Shown here: positions 1-8,661 of the stretch, one piece after another
Position numbering within the stretch: position 1 is the first letter of the stretch
Layout of the letters: each line of letters starts with the position of its first letter
Made by a program: the position numbers and the translations under genes
Sequence record: OQ174501.1
Reading direction: 5' to 3' (one strand)
DNA: 64,000 bases
From: Escherichia phage REP2
Notes under the pieces: generated by a model
Seen by the model: the letters and a program-made list of their open reading frames with translations, nothing else
Told to the model about the DNA's origin: nothing
Database searches by the model: none

Positions 1-2
1 CT

Positions 3-155
3 AATATTGAAATCACTGGATACAACTGGTTCGGTTGCTCTGAAAATGATTTCCAACATACTGGATTTCGTGCTATTGGACCTACTGGGCAGAAAGTAGA
101 AGGAACCGTGTGTTCTGGTCTATTCTTCAAGGATTCGACTATCCGTTTTAAATAA
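3..155 (+). CDS. Hypothetical protein, C-terminal fragment (5' end outside window)
   Basis: Only frame open from the window edge to TAA at 153-155; sits immediately upstream of gene 39, where T4 has small 39.x ORFs. No start codon in window. Confidence 0.35.
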   Translation, partial: NIEITGYNWFGCSENDFQHTGFRAIGPTGQKVEGTVCSGLFFKDSTIRFK

Positions 156-180
156 AAGGCCTTCGGGCCTTTAGCTTTAT
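155..180 (+). terminator. Hairpin AAAGGCC-TTCG-GGCCTTT with weak T-rich tail
   Basis: Perfect 7-bp stem with TTCG loop directly after the upstream stop codon; tail TTAGCTTTAT is only moderately U-rich. Confidence 0.45.
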
Positions 181-224
181 GATTACCGGAGTATAATATT
201 CCCGAAACCAAACGAGGATAAGTG

Positions 225-2042
225 ATGATTAAGAATGAAATTAAAATTCTGAGCGATATTGAACATATCAAAAAGCGTAGCGGCATGTATATTGGCTCTT
301 CTGCTAATGAAATGCATGAGCGCTTTCTGTTTGGTAAATGGGAAAGTGTTCAGTATGTACCTGGTCTTGTTAAGCTTATTGATGAAATTATCGATAACTC
401 AGTAGATGAAGGTATTCGTACTAAGTTTAAATTCGCAAATAAAATTAATGTTACTATTAAAAACAATCAAGTAACAGTTGAAGATAACGGTCGCGGTATT
501 CCACAAGCGATGGTTAAAACACCTACCGGTGAAGAAATTCCTGGTCCTGTTGCTGCATGGACTATTCCAAAAGCAGGTGGTAACTTTGGTGATGATAAAG
601 AACGCGTCACTGGCGGTATGAATGGTGTTGGTTCTAGTTTGACAAACATTTTTTCTGTGATGTTTGTCGGTGAAACTGGTGATGGTCAAAATAATATTGT
701 AGTTCGTTGTTCAAATGGCATGGAAAATAAATCATGGGAAACTATTCCTGGAAAATGGAAAGGAACTCGTGTTACTTTCATTCCTGATTTTATGTCATTT
801 GAAACTAATGAGCTGTCCCAAGTTTATCTTGACATTACACTAGATCGTCTCCAGACACTTGCAGTAGTTTATCCTGATATTCAATTTACCTTTAATGGTA
901 AAAAGGTTCAGGGCAATTTTAAGAAATATGCACGCCAATATGATGAGCATGCTATTGTTCAAGAACAAGAAAATTGCTCTATTGCGGTTGGTCGTTCACC
1001 GGATGGTTTTCGTCAATTAACTTATGTGAATAACATTCACACTAAGAATGGTGGCCATCACATTGACTGTGTTATGGATGATATTTGTGAAGACCTTATT
1101 CCACAAATCAAACGTAAGTTCAAAATTGATGTGACTAAAGCACGCGTTAAAGAATGTTTGACTATCGTTATGTTTGTTCGTGATATGAAAAACATGCGAT
1201 TTGATTCTCAAACTAAAGAGCGTTTGACTTCTCCATTTGGTGAAATCCGTAGTCATATTCAGCTTGATGCTAAAAAGATTTCACGTGCTATTTTGAATAA
1301 TGAAGCAATTCTGATGCCAATTATTGAAGCTGCACTAGCTCGTAAATTGGCGGCGGAAAAGGCAGCAGAAACTAAAGCAGCTAAAAAGGCTTCTAAAGCT
1401 AAGGTTCATAAACATATTAAAGCGAATCTTTGTGGTAAAGATGCTGACACTACTCTTTTCTTGACTGAGGGTGATTCGGCTATCGGATATCTTATTGATG
1501 TTCGTGATAAAGAACTTCACGGTGGTTATCCATTGCGCGGTAAAGTTCTCAACAGTTGGGGTATGTCTTATGCAGATATGCTTAAAAACAAAGAACTATT
1601 TGATATTTGCGCAATCACTGGATTAGTTCTCGGTGAAAAAGCTGAAAACTTGAATTATCATAATATTGCTATTATGACTGATGCTGACCATGATGGTCTA
1701 GGAAGCATTTATCCTTCTCTGCTCGGATTTTTTAGTAATTGGCCAGAATTGTTTGAGCAAGGACGAATTCGCTTTGTCAAAACTCCTGTAATCATCGCTC
1801 AGGTCGGTAAAAAACAAGAATGGTTTTATACAGTCGCTGAATATGAGAGTGCCAAAGATGCTCTACCTAAACATAGCATCCGTTATATTAAAGGACTTGG
1901 CTCTTTGGAAAAATCTGAATATCGTGAGATGATTCAAAATCCAGTATATGATGTTGTTAAACTTCCTGAGAACTGGAAAGAGCTTTTTGAAATGCTCATG
2001 GGAGATAATGCTGACCTTCGTAAAGAATGGATGAGCCAGTAG
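225..2042 (+). CDS. 39: DNA topoisomerase II large subunit, fused gene 39/60 type (GyrB-like ATPase plus Toprim)
   Basis: Translation MIKNEIKILSDIEHIKKRSGMYIGS... matches T-even gp39 as recalled; 605 codons as a single ORF. ATG at 225 follows GAGGATAAG; the listed ORF start at 222 is a GTG. Confidence 0.9.
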   Translation: MIKNEIKILSDIEHIKKRSGMYIGSSANEMHERFLFGKWESVQYVPGLVKLIDEIIDNSVDEGIRTKFKFANKINVTIKNNQVTVEDNGRGIPQAMVKTPTGEEIPGPVAAWTIPKAGGNFGDDKERVTGGMNGVGSSLTNIFSVMFVGETGDGQNNIVVRCSNGMENKSWETIPGKWKGTRVTFIPDFMSFETNELSQVYLDITLDRLQTLAVVYPDIQFTFNGKKVQGNFKKYARQYDEHAIVQEQENCSIAVGRSPDGFRQLTYVNNIHTKNGGHHIDCVMDDICEDLIPQIKRKFKIDVTKARVKECLTIVMFVRDMKNMRFDSQTKERLTSPFGEIRSHIQLDAKKISRAILNNEAILMPIIEAALARKLAAEKAAETKAAKKASKAKVHKHIKANLCGKDADTTLFLTEGDSAIGYLIDVRDKELHGGYPLRGKVLNSWGMSYADMLKNKELFDICAITGLVLGEKAENLNYHNIAIMTDADHDGLGSIYPSLLGFFSNWPELFEQGRIRFVKTPVIIAQVGKKQEWFYTVAEYESAKDALPKHSIRYIKGLGSLEKSEYREMIQNPVYDVVKLPENWKELFEMLMGDNADLRKEWMSQ

Positions 2043-2071
2043 TTTACTTTACTACAAGGATGTGGTATAAT
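2042..2071 (+). promoter_or_regulatory. T4-type early promoter (GTTTAC -35, 18-nt spacer, TATAAT -10)
   Basis: GTTTAC at 2042-2047 and TGTGGTATAAT with TATAAT at 2066-2071; upstream of the rIIA.1-like ORF and rIIA. Confidence 0.55.
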
Positions 2072-2096
2072 TAATTGGGCAAATGAGGATATTGAA

Positions 2097-2300
2097 ATGA
2101 AATCATATAAAGTAAATTTAGAACTTTTTGATAAAGCAGTTCATCGAGAATATAGAATCATTCAACGCTTTTTCGATATGGGAGAAGCCGAAGAATTTAA
2201 AAACCGCTTTAAGGATATTAGAGATAAAATTCAATCCGACACTGCAACTAAAGATGAACTACTAGAAGTTGCTGAAGTTATTAAACGCAATATGAATTAA
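2097..2300 (+). CDS. Small hypothetical protein (rIIA.1 position)
   Basis: 67-codon ORF between gene 39 and rIIA with RBS GAGGA upstream. Confidence 0.5.
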   Translation: MKSYKVNLELFDKAVHREYRIIQRFFDMGEAEEFKNRFKDIRDKIQSDTATKDELLEVAEVIKRNMN

Positions 2301-2310
2301 TGAGGAAATT

Positions 2311-4488
2311 ATGATTATCACCACTGAAAAAGAAACAATTCTTGGCAATGGTTCTAAATCAAAAGCATTTAGCATCACAGCATCTCCTAAAGTATTTAAA
2401 ATTCTGTCATCTGATTTGTATACAAACAAGATTCGTGCAGTAGTCCGTGAATTAATTACTAATATGATTGATGCCCATGCACTTAATGGAAATCCTGAAA
2501 AATTTATCATACAAGTTCCAGGACGATTAGATCCGCGATTTGTTTGTCGAGATTTTGGTCCGGGTATGAGTGATTTTGATATTCAGGGTGATGATAATTC
2601 TCCTGGGTTATATAATTCATACTTCAGTTCATCTAAGGCTGAATCTAATGACTTTATTGGCGGGTTTGGTTTAGGTTCTAAATCTCCGTTTAGTTATACT
2701 GATACATTTAGTATTACTTCGTATCATAAAGGTGAAATTCGTGGTTATGTAGCTTACATGGATGGTGATGGTCCACAGATTAAACCTACATTCGTAAAAG
2801 AAATGGGTCCAGATGATAAAACTGGTATTGAAATCGTAGTTCCAGTTGAAGAAAAAGACTTTAGAAACTTTGCTTATGAAGTTTCTTATATCATGCGACC
2901 ATTCAAAGATTTGGCTATCATTAATGGTCTTGACCGCGAAATTGATTATTTTCCGGATTTTGATGACTATTACGGTGTAAATCCAGAAAGATACTGGCCT
3001 GATCGTGGTGGATTATATGCTATCTATGGCGGTATTGTTTATCCTATCGATGGTGTTATTAGAGACCGTAACTGGCTAAGCATTCGCAATGAAGTGAATT
3101 ACATTAAGTTTCCAATGGGTTCACTTGATATTGCTCCATCTCGCGAGGCTCTTTCACTGGATGATCGTACTCGTAAAAATATTATTGAACGAGTTAAAGA
3201 ACTCAGTGAGAAAGCATTTAATGAAGATGTAAAACGATTTAAAGAATCCACATCTCCCCGTCATACATATCGTGAATTGATGAAGATGGGGTATTCTGCT
3301 CGAGATTATATGATTAGTAATTCAGTCAAATTTACGACTAAAAATCTGTCATATAAGAAGATGCAAAGCATGTTTGAACCTGATAGTAAGTTATGCAATG
3401 CAGGAGTTGTGTATGAAGTAAATCTTGACCCTCGACTGAAGCGCATTAAGCAAAGTCATGAAACTTCAGCCGTTGCATCAAGTTATCGTCTGTTTGGTAT
3501 TAATGCAACAAAAATTAATATCGTTATTGATAATATTAAAAATCGTGTTAATATTGTCCGTGGATTAGCACATGCGTTAGATGATAGTGAATTTAATAAC
3601 ACTTTGAATATTCATCACAACGAACGCCTTCTGTTTATTAATCCAGAAGTAGAATCGCAGATTGATTTGCTTCCTGATATTATGGCGATGTTTGAAAGTG
3701 ATGAAGTTAACATTCATTATTTGTCAGAAATTGAAGCTTTAGTTAAAAGCTATATTCCAAAGGTAGTTAAAAGTAAAGCTCCTCGTCCTAAAGCTGCTAC
3801 AGCATTTAAGTTTGAAATTAAAGACGGGCGCTGGGAAAAAGAGGAATTATTTACGCTCACATCAGAAGCAGATGAAATTACTGGGTATGTAGCGTATATG
3901 CATCGTTCTGATATTTTCTCTATGGATGGTACTACATCTCTTTGTCATCCATCTATGAATATTTTGATTCGTATGGCTAATCTTATTGGCATTAATGAGT
4001 TTTATGTTATTCGTCCGCTTTTGCAGAAAAAGGTAAAAGAACTCGGTCAGTGCCAATGTATTTTTGAAACTCTGCGTGATTTATATGTAGATGCTTTTGA
4101 TGATGTAGATTATGATAAGTACGTAGGTTATTCAAGTTCAGCTCAACGATATATTGATAAAATTATCAAGTATCCTGAACTAGATTTTATGATGAAGTAC
4201 TTCAGTACAGATGAAGTTTCTGAAGAATATACACGACTCGCTAATATAGTTAGTTCATTGCGCGGTGTATATTTTAATGGTGGAAAAGATACCATCGGTC
4301 ATGACATCTGGACAGTAACTAATCTTTTTGATGTATTATCAAATAATGCTTCAAAAAACAGTGATAAAATGGTTGCTGAGTTTACCAAGAAATTCCGTAT
4401 TGTTTCCGACTTCATCGGATATCGCAACTCTTTAAGTGATGATGAAGTTTCTCAAATCGCTAAAACTATGAAGGCCCTTGCGGCCTAA
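2311..4488 (+). CDS. rIIA: rIIA protein (membrane-associated, GHKL-like ATPase fold)
   Basis: 725 codons, same length as T4 rIIA; N-terminal region has GHKL-like motifs ([10 protein letters not shown] ... DFGPGM ... GGFGLGSKS); position matches. Confidence 0.9.
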   Translation: MIITTEKETILGNGSKSKAFSITASPKVFKILSSDLYTNKIRAVVRELITNMIDAHALNGNPEKFIIQVPGRLDPRFVCRDFGPGMSDFDIQGDDNSPGLYNSYFSSSKAESNDFIGGFGLGSKSPFSYTDTFSITSYHKGEIRGYVAYMDGDGPQIKPTFVKEMGPDDKTGIEIVVPVEEKDFRNFAYEVSYIMRPFKDLAIINGLDREIDYFPDFDDYYGVNPERYWPDRGGLYAIYGGIVYPIDGVIRDRNWLSIRNEVNYIKFPMGSLDIAPSREALSLDDRTRKNIIERVKELSEKAFNEDVKRFKESTSPRHTYRELMKMGYSARDYMISNSVKFTTKNLSYKKMQSMFEPDSKLCNAGVVYEVNLDPRLKRIKQSHETSAVASSYRLFGINATKINIVIDNIKNRVNIVRGLAHALDDSEFNNTLNIHHNERLLFINPEVESQIDLLPDIMAMFESDEVNIHYLSEIEALVKSYIPKVVKSKAPRPKAATAFKFEIKDGRWEKEELFTLTSEADEITGYVAYMHRSDIFSMDGTTSLCHPSMNILIRMANLIGINEFYVIRPLLQKKVKELGQCQCIFETLRDLYVDAFDDVDYDKYVGYSSSAQRYIDKIIKYPELDFMMKYFSTDEVSEEYTRLANIVSSLRGVYFNGGKDTIGHDIWTVTNLFDVLSNNASKNSDKMVAEFTKKFRIVSDFIGYRNSLSDDEVSQIAKTMKALAA
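4473..4485 (+). other. Intercistronic hairpin GGCC-CTTGC-GGCC at rIIA 3' end
   Basis: 4-bp GC stem overlapping the last rIIA codons, just upstream of the rIIB RBS. Confidence 0.3.
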
Positions 4489-4499
4489 TAAGGAAAATT

Positions 4500-5438
4500 A
4501 TGTACAATATTAAATGCCTGACCAAAAACGAACAAGCTGAAATTGTTAAGCTGTATTCAAGTGGTAATTACACCCAACAGGAATTGGCTGATTGGCAAGG
4601 TGTATCGGTTGACACAATCCGTCGTGTTTTGAAAAATGCTGAAGAAGCTAAACGCTCTAAAGTTACTATTAGCGGTGACATTACAGTTAAAGTTAATAGC
4701 GATGCAGTTATTGCTCCAGTTGCTAAATCTGACATTATTTGGAATGCATCTAAAAAATTCATTTCAATTACTGTTGACGGTGTAACTTATAACGCAACTC
4801 CTAATACTCATTCAAACTTCCAGGAAATTCTTAATCTGCTCGTAGCAGATAAGTTAGAAGAAGCGGCACAAAAAATTAATGTTCGTCGCGCTGTTGAAAA
4901 ATATATTTCCGGCGATGTTCGAATTGAAGGCGGAAGCTTGTTCTATCAAAATATCGAATTACGGTCTGGTTTAGTTGATCGTATTCTCGATTCGATGGAA
5001 AAAGGCGAAAACTTTGAATTTTATTTTCCATTCTTGGAAAATTTGTTGGAAAACCCAAGCCAAAAAGCGGTATCTCGACTCTTTGATTTCTTGGTAGCAA
5101 ATGATATTGAAATTACAGAAGATGGTTACTTCTATGCTTGGAAAGTAGTTCGCAGCAATTACTTTGACTGTCATTCAAATACTTTTGATAACAGTCCTGG
5201 TAAAGTAGTTAAAATGCCACGTACTCGTGTGAATGACGATGATACACAAACTTGTTCTCGTGGTCTGCATGTGTGTTCTAAATCTTATATTCGTCACTTT
5301 GGCAGTTCAACCAGCCGAGTTGTAAAAGTTAAAGTACATCCGCGTGATGTAGTATCAATTCCGATTGATTACAACGATGCTAAAATGCGTACCTGTCAAT
5401 ACGAAGTAGTTGAAGACGTTACTGAACAATTTAAATAA
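4500..5438 (+). CDS. rIIB: rIIB protein
   Basis: 312 codons, same length as T4 rIIB; immediately follows rIIA with RBS AAGGAAA. Confidence 0.9.
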   Translation: MYNIKCLTKNEQAEIVKLYSSGNYTQQELADWQGVSVDTIRRVLKNAEEAKRSKVTISGDITVKVNSDAVIAPVAKSDIIWNASKKFISITVDGVTYNATPNTHSNFQEILNLLVADKLEEAAQKINVRRAVEKYISGDVRIEGGSLFYQNIELRSGLVDRILDSMEKGENFEFYFPFLENLLENPSQKAVSRLFDFLVANDIEITEDGYFYAWKVVRSNYFDCHSNTFDNSPGKVVKMPRTRVNDDDTQTCSRGLHVCSKSYIRHFGSSTSRVVKVKVHPRDVVSIPIDYNDAKMRTCQYEVVEDVTEQFK

Positions 5439-5452
5439 GGGCTTCGGCCCTT
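5437..5452 (+). other. Stable UUCG-tetraloop hairpin (AAGGGC-TTCG-GCCCTT), no U-tract
   Basis: Perfect 6-bp stem with TTCG loop after the rIIB stop; followed by an RBS rather than a T-run. Confidence 0.5.
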
Positions 5453-5466
5453 AACTAAGGAAAATT

Positions 5467-5661
5467 ATGTTAGGTTATCAAGCACGAGTAAAAGAAGAAT
5501 ACGATCAATTAATGCTCAAAATTAATGCACTGAGCAAATTTTTAGAAAGCGCAAAGTTTCTAACAGTTAGTGCAGTTGAGCAAGAACTGTTACTTTCGCA
5601 GTTTATCTCAATGAAATCTTATGCTGACTGTTTAGAGAAAAGAATTGAACAATTCAAATAA
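5467..5661 (+). CDS. Hypothetical protein
   Basis: 64-codon ORF with RBS AAGGAAA; flanked by hairpins. Confidence 0.45.
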   Translation: MLGYQARVKEEYDQLMLKINALSKFLESAKFLTVSAVEQELLLSQFISMKSYADCLEKRIEQFK

Positions 5662-5671
5662 ATAAATAAAT

Positions 5672-5695
5672 AAGGGCTTCGGCCCTTTTGTTTTA
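5672..5695 (+). terminator. Rho-independent terminator (AAGGGC-TTCG-GCCCTT then TTTTGTTTT)
   Basis: Perfect stem with UUCG loop followed by a T-rich run. Confidence 0.7.
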
Positions 5696-5704
5696 AGGTA
5701 AATT

Positions 5705-6034
5705 ATGATTTATTGTATGAATATCGGTGACACCGACATAAAAGAAATTTCTCTACATGGTAATCATTACGCTAATATTGTGTACTGCAATAAATTCGAG
5801 TTTGGGCATGAAAAACTTGGAGTTCTTTACTGCAATGATGTTATAGTCATGGACAAAAAGAATCTCGATGAACTTGATCGTAATTCTTTAGATGAAAATG
5901 ATCGAATTTACTATGGTACTCTTAAAGTGTATAACGCTTATCTTAGTGGTAAAAAGGAAAGTTTAAATGCAGAAAACGAATCCGGGGTTACAGAGACTAT
6001 TTCAGATTCCGACATTTACCCTATCGAACAGTGA
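5705..6034 (+). CDS. Hypothetical protein
   Basis: 109-codon ORF; its 3' end overlaps the next ORF by 68 nt, so one of the two boundaries is uncertain. Confidence 0.4.
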   Translation: MIYCMNIGDTDIKEISLHGNHYANIVYCNKFEFGHEKLGVLYCNDVIVMDKKNLDELDRNSLDENDRIYYGTLKVYNAYLSGKKESLNAENESGVTETISDSDIYPIEQ

Positions 6035-6524
6035 CTTGACTAGTGAAATGAAGGTCAAAATTGCTGATACAGCAAGATACTCTTTAAAACAAAACCCGAA
6101 CCAGGATAAAGCAGAAGTTATTGAAAGATGTCGTATCGCGGTGTACGCAGAGTTTTTTGTAGCAGATTGGCTAAACGGGTATGTTAACAAAGGACAAGAG
6201 GATGTTAATGACCCGTATACATACGCATGGGATGTATTGGCGCATCCAAGATACTGCGGGCTTCGTGTAGAAGTTAAGACACATCAAACTGACTCGCGTT
6301 GGATTTCTGTAACAACAGGATGCAGCGGAGAGTATCCATACGGTTCTGGAATAAATCTAGGGCCCATTCTGAATCATCAGGTCGCTGACTGTATAATTAT
6401 ATTCAACACTAAAGAAATTCACCCAGGTGTCATCCAGTACACTCCGAAGTTCATCGGTGATAGAGAAGACCTTCGTAAGGTTGTAAGAAAAAGCAACTAC
6501 AACGGATGGTATCTTTCCATTTAA
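5967..6524 (+). CDS. denB: Putative endonuclease IV (DenB-like)
   Basis: 185 codons, the length I recall for T4 DenB; lies between rIIB and ndd as in T4. Identity rests on size and synteny only. Confidence 0.45.
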   Translation: MQKTNPGLQRLFQIPTFTLSNSDLTSEMKVKIADTARYSLKQNPNQDKAEVIERCRIAVYAEFFVADWLNGYVNKGQEDVNDPYTYAWDVLAHPRYCGLRVEVKTHQTDSRWISVTTGCSGEYPYGSGINLGPILNHQVADCIIIFNTKEIHPGVIQYTPKFIGDREDLRKVVRKSNYNGWYLSI

Positions 6525-6540
6525 AAATTTTCACAAAACG

Positions 6541-6570
6541 GTTTACATACCACAAGGACCGTGGTACTAT
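6541..6570 (+). promoter_or_regulatory. T4-type early promoter
   Basis: A-rich upstream, GTTTAC at 6541-6546, 18-nt spacer, TGgTACTAT at 6562-6570. Confidence 0.6.
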
Positions 6571-6604
6571 ACAACTATCAACTGATACGGATTTGGAGAG
6601 TAAA

Positions 6605-6868
6605 ATGAAATTTAAATTTTATTATGCTAAGCATAAAATAACTGATGAGTTTGTGTCAGTTGAATATTCTAGCGATGATGAAGGCATGATTTATACTCGC
6701 TTAGGATTATCGCATTGGGAGTCCGATCAGCCTTATTTTTCAACTCCTGAAGAAATTACACGCTTAGTTAATGGTCATATGAATGACCACTGGAATGTAA
6801 TTCTTTCAGATAGTCTTAAAGCGGCTATTAATAGTAATGAAATGAAAATCGCTGAGATTGAACTATGA
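6605..6868 (+). CDS. Hypothetical protein (87 aa)
   Basis: ATG at 6605 preceded by GGAGAG; the listed ORF start at 6506 lies inside the promoter and is rejected. Confidence 0.5.
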   Translation: MKFKFYYAKHKITDEFVSVEYSSDDEGMIYTRLGLSHWESDQPYFSTPEEITRLVNGHMNDHWNVILSDSLKAAINSNEMKIAEIEL

Positions 6869-6951
6869 GTTCACTATGGTGGTGTTTTGTTTGGTTAATT
6901 AGTATTCCAGTAATTTGTTTAACATTTACTTTTGTGATGAGGTTATTATGA
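6865..6951 (+). CDS. Tiny hydrophobic peptide (28 aa, MSSLWWCFVWLISIPVICLTFTFVMRLL)
   Basis: ATGA overlap with the upstream stop; a single predicted transmembrane helix; sits where T4 carries its ndd.x small ORFs. Confidence 0.3.
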   Translation: MSSLWWCFVWLISIPVICLTFTFVMRLL

Positions 6952-7046
6952 AAATTTTTAATTCTGTACTTATTGCTTGTGCGTGGTGGGTTGCACAAGT
7001 TTCGGCAGTAGTGATTGGTATTCACATTTATTACGAATATTTTTAA
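6948..7046 (+). CDS. Tiny hydrophobic peptide (32 aa, MKIFNSVLIACAWWVAQVSAVVIGIHIYYEYF)
   Basis: ATGA overlap with the previous peptide; hydrophobic core. Confidence 0.3.
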   Translation: MKIFNSVLIACAWWVAQVSAVVIGIHIYYEYF

Positions 7047-7053
7047 AAAAGTT

Positions 7054-7083
7054 GTTTACAAGACTGTTCTTCCGTGGTACTAT
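7054..7083 (+). promoter_or_regulatory. T4-type early promoter
   Basis: GTTTAC at 7054-7059, 18-nt spacer, TGgTACTAT with -10 at 7078-7083. Confidence 0.6.
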
Positions 7084-7111
7084 TACCCTATCAACTACGG
7101 AGGAACAGAAA

Positions 7112-7225
7112 ATGAAAAAGATTGTTAAAGCTATATGGAATGTAGTTATAATACTAATAGTTTTGAGTATATTCCCAATCGTTTTAATGATTGATGTATT
7201 AAACGCTTACTTTGGATTTATGTGA
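7112..7225 (+). CDS. Small membrane peptide (37 aa)
   Basis: ATG at 7112 preceded by GGAGG; translation MKKIVKAIWNVVIILIVLSIFPIVLMIDVLNAYFGFM. Confidence 0.4.
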   Translation: MKKIVKAIWNVVIILIVLSIFPIVLMIDVLNAYFGFM

Positions 7226-7232
7226 GGAAAAT

Positions 7233-7430
7233 ATGAAGCGTAAAAGCACTGCGTTTACATTTATTGAATGGTTTTTCGATAATATTTTTCCGGCTTTATT
7301 CATTTTCATGCTGATTTTTGCCTTAGGTTCAGTTGTAGTTGGAATCTATTTGATGGCGGTAGTTGGAATGGACATTCATCAAAATGGTTTAAAATCCGTG
7401 GTTGAAACAATTTGGAATGGTGTAAAATGA
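7233..7430 (+). CDS. Small membrane protein (65 aa)
   Basis: ATG at 7233 after GAGGAAA; two hydrophobic segments. Confidence 0.4.
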   Translation: MKRKSTAFTFIEWFFDNIFPALFIFMLIFALGSVVVGIYLMAVVGMDIHQNGLKSVVETIWNGVK

Positions 7431-7537
7431 TGAATTTGCTGAGCGGTTGGTTTTATATTCTTATGTTTTACATTGGCGCAAATTTCCCATATTGGATGGG
7501 ATGGTCAACAACTGCGTTTGGATTTTATACTCCTTGA
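7427..7537 (+). CDS. Tiny hydrophobic peptide (36 aa)
   Basis: ATGATG start overlapping the previous stop; translation MMNLLSGWFYILMFYIGANFPYWMGWSTTAFGFYTP. Confidence 0.3.
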   Translation: MMNLLSGWFYILMFYIGANFPYWMGWSTTAFGFYTP

Positions 7538-7545
7538 GGTGAATT

Positions 7546-7761
7546 ATGAAAATCTTTAAAGATGTAAAAGTTGGTGAAATTTTTTGTTTAGATAATGGTG
7601 ATCAGTTAATTCGTATTTCACCTCTTAAGAGCACTAGCGAGAAACCGACAGTTAATGCTACTTTAGCAAATAACAGTAATGAACGTTTCTGTATTGAAAA
7701 TGATACTGAAACTTATACTGTAGAAGAGTTTTGGGAATTGAGCGTCGACTGCGACGATTAA
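7546..7761 (+). CDS. Hypothetical protein (71 aa)
   Basis: ORF preceded by GAGGTGAA. Confidence 0.45.
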   Translation: MKIFKDVKVGEIFCLDNGDQLIRISPLKSTSEKPTVNATLANNSNERFCIENDTETYTVEEFWELSVDCDD

Positions 7762-7767
7762 TTTAAT

Positions 7768-7787
7768 GGCCGCGTATTCATGCGGCC
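7768..7787 (+). other. Hairpin GGCCGC-GTATTCAT-GCGGCC upstream of ndd
   Basis: Perfect 6-bp GC stem with 8-nt loop; no U-tract; followed by the ndd RBS. Confidence 0.4.
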
Positions 7788-7819
7788 TTGGAGTAGAAAA
7801 TAATTTAGAGGAAATTAAT

Positions 7820-8278
7820 ATGAAATACATGACTGTTACTGATCTGAACAACGCAGGCGCTACTGTTATTGGTACAATCAAGGGTGGTGAGTGGTTTTTA
7901 GGAACTCCGCATAAAGATATTTTATCTAAACCTGGATTTTACTTTTTAGTAAGTAAATTAGATGGTCGTCCATTTAGTAATCCATGTGTGTCTGCACGAT
8001 TTTATGTAGGTAATCAGCGTTCTAAGCAAGGATTCAGTACAGTTCTAAGTCATATTCGTCAACGTCGGTCTCAGCTTGCACGTACTATTGCAAATAACAA
8101 TATGGTATACACAGTATTTTATCTGCCTGCTTCTAAGATGAAACCTCTGACGACAGGATTTGGTAAAGGTCAGTTAGCTTTGGCGTTTACCCGTAATCAT
8201 CATTCCGAGTATCAAACACTTGAAGAAATGAACCGTATGTTGGCTGATAACTTTAAATTCGTTTTGCAGGCATATTAA
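7820..8278 (+). CDS. ndd: Nucleoid disruption protein Ndd
   Basis: Translation [18 protein letters not shown]... matches T4 Ndd as recalled; about 152 codons; RBS GAGGAAA. Confidence 0.85.
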
Positions 8279-8358
8279 TGAGTAATTTCCACAACGAACA
8301 CGTGATGCAGTTCTATCGTAATAATCTTAAAACTAAAGGCGTCTTCGGACGCCAGTGA
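8278..8358 (+). CDS. stp: Stp peptide (26 aa, activator of the host anticodon nuclease)
   Basis: Not in the ORF track (too short). Translation [26 protein letters not shown] read from sequence; TAATG overlap with ndd; order ndd-stp-ac-52 as in T4. Confidence 0.75.
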
Positions 8359-8365
8359 GGAAAAT

Positions 8366-8524
8366 ATGAATATTGCAAAATTATTAGGAGTTATTTCATT
8401 TATTTGTTGGATAGTAGCATGTGTTTTAACTATCTGTATTGATGCCAGCAGTGTGTTTTCGCAAGCTTTAGCTCAGGGTATGTGTGCATATTTAACATTT
8501 GTGTTGTTATCTACTAATGATTAA
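8366..8524 (+). CDS. ac: Ac-like small membrane protein (acriflavine sensitivity)
   Basis: 52 codons, hydrophobic (MNIAKLLGVISFICWIVACVLTICIDASSVF...); RBS GAGGAAAA; position between stp and 52. Confidence 0.6.
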   Translation: MNIAKLLGVISFICWIVACVLTICIDASSVFSQALAQGMCAYLTFVLLSTND

Positions 8525-8657
8525 GAAAATCTTGGGCTATTCATTAGCCCTTGCTATTTTATTGATAGCATTATATTACGGAATAATGTTCGGATTAATT
8601 CAAGTCGTGCTTTTCATTTCTGATGTTATTATGGCACTACATTCACTAGTATGGTAA
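8517..8657 (+). CDS. Small membrane protein (46 aa)
   Basis: ORF overlapping the ac 3' end; hydrophobic (MIKKILGYSLALAILLIALYYGIMFGLIQVVLF...). Confidence 0.35.
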   Translation: MIKKILGYSLALAILLIALYYGIMFGLIQVVLFISDVIMALHSLVW

Positions 8658-8661
8658 ATTT

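Noticed and set aside
399-689. Minus-strand ORFs (399-689, 467-649, 1017-1256, 1335-1520) inside gene 39
   Set aside because: Shadow ORFs antisense to a confidently recognised, full-length gene; no RBS or promoter context.
6506-6604. N-terminal extensions of listed ORFs (6506, 6977, 7212, 44655, 35368, 23590, 222, 24769, 43571, 57574-57615)
   Set aside because: The extensions start at GTG or TTG, or run through promoters and hairpins; internal ATGs with proper RBS give lengths matching T4 orthologues.
7766-7819. Upstream start (7766) of the listed ndd ORF
   Set aside because: That ATG lies inside the GGCCGC hairpin and lacks an RBS; the ATG at 7820 has GAGGAAA upstream and gives the T4 Ndd N-terminus.
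8608-8632. Middle promoter upstream of gene 52 (TGCTTTTCA plus TATTAT)
   Set aside because: MotA-box-like sequence exists but the spacing to the -10 is off by one and it lies inside a small ORF; too weak to call without transcript mapping.
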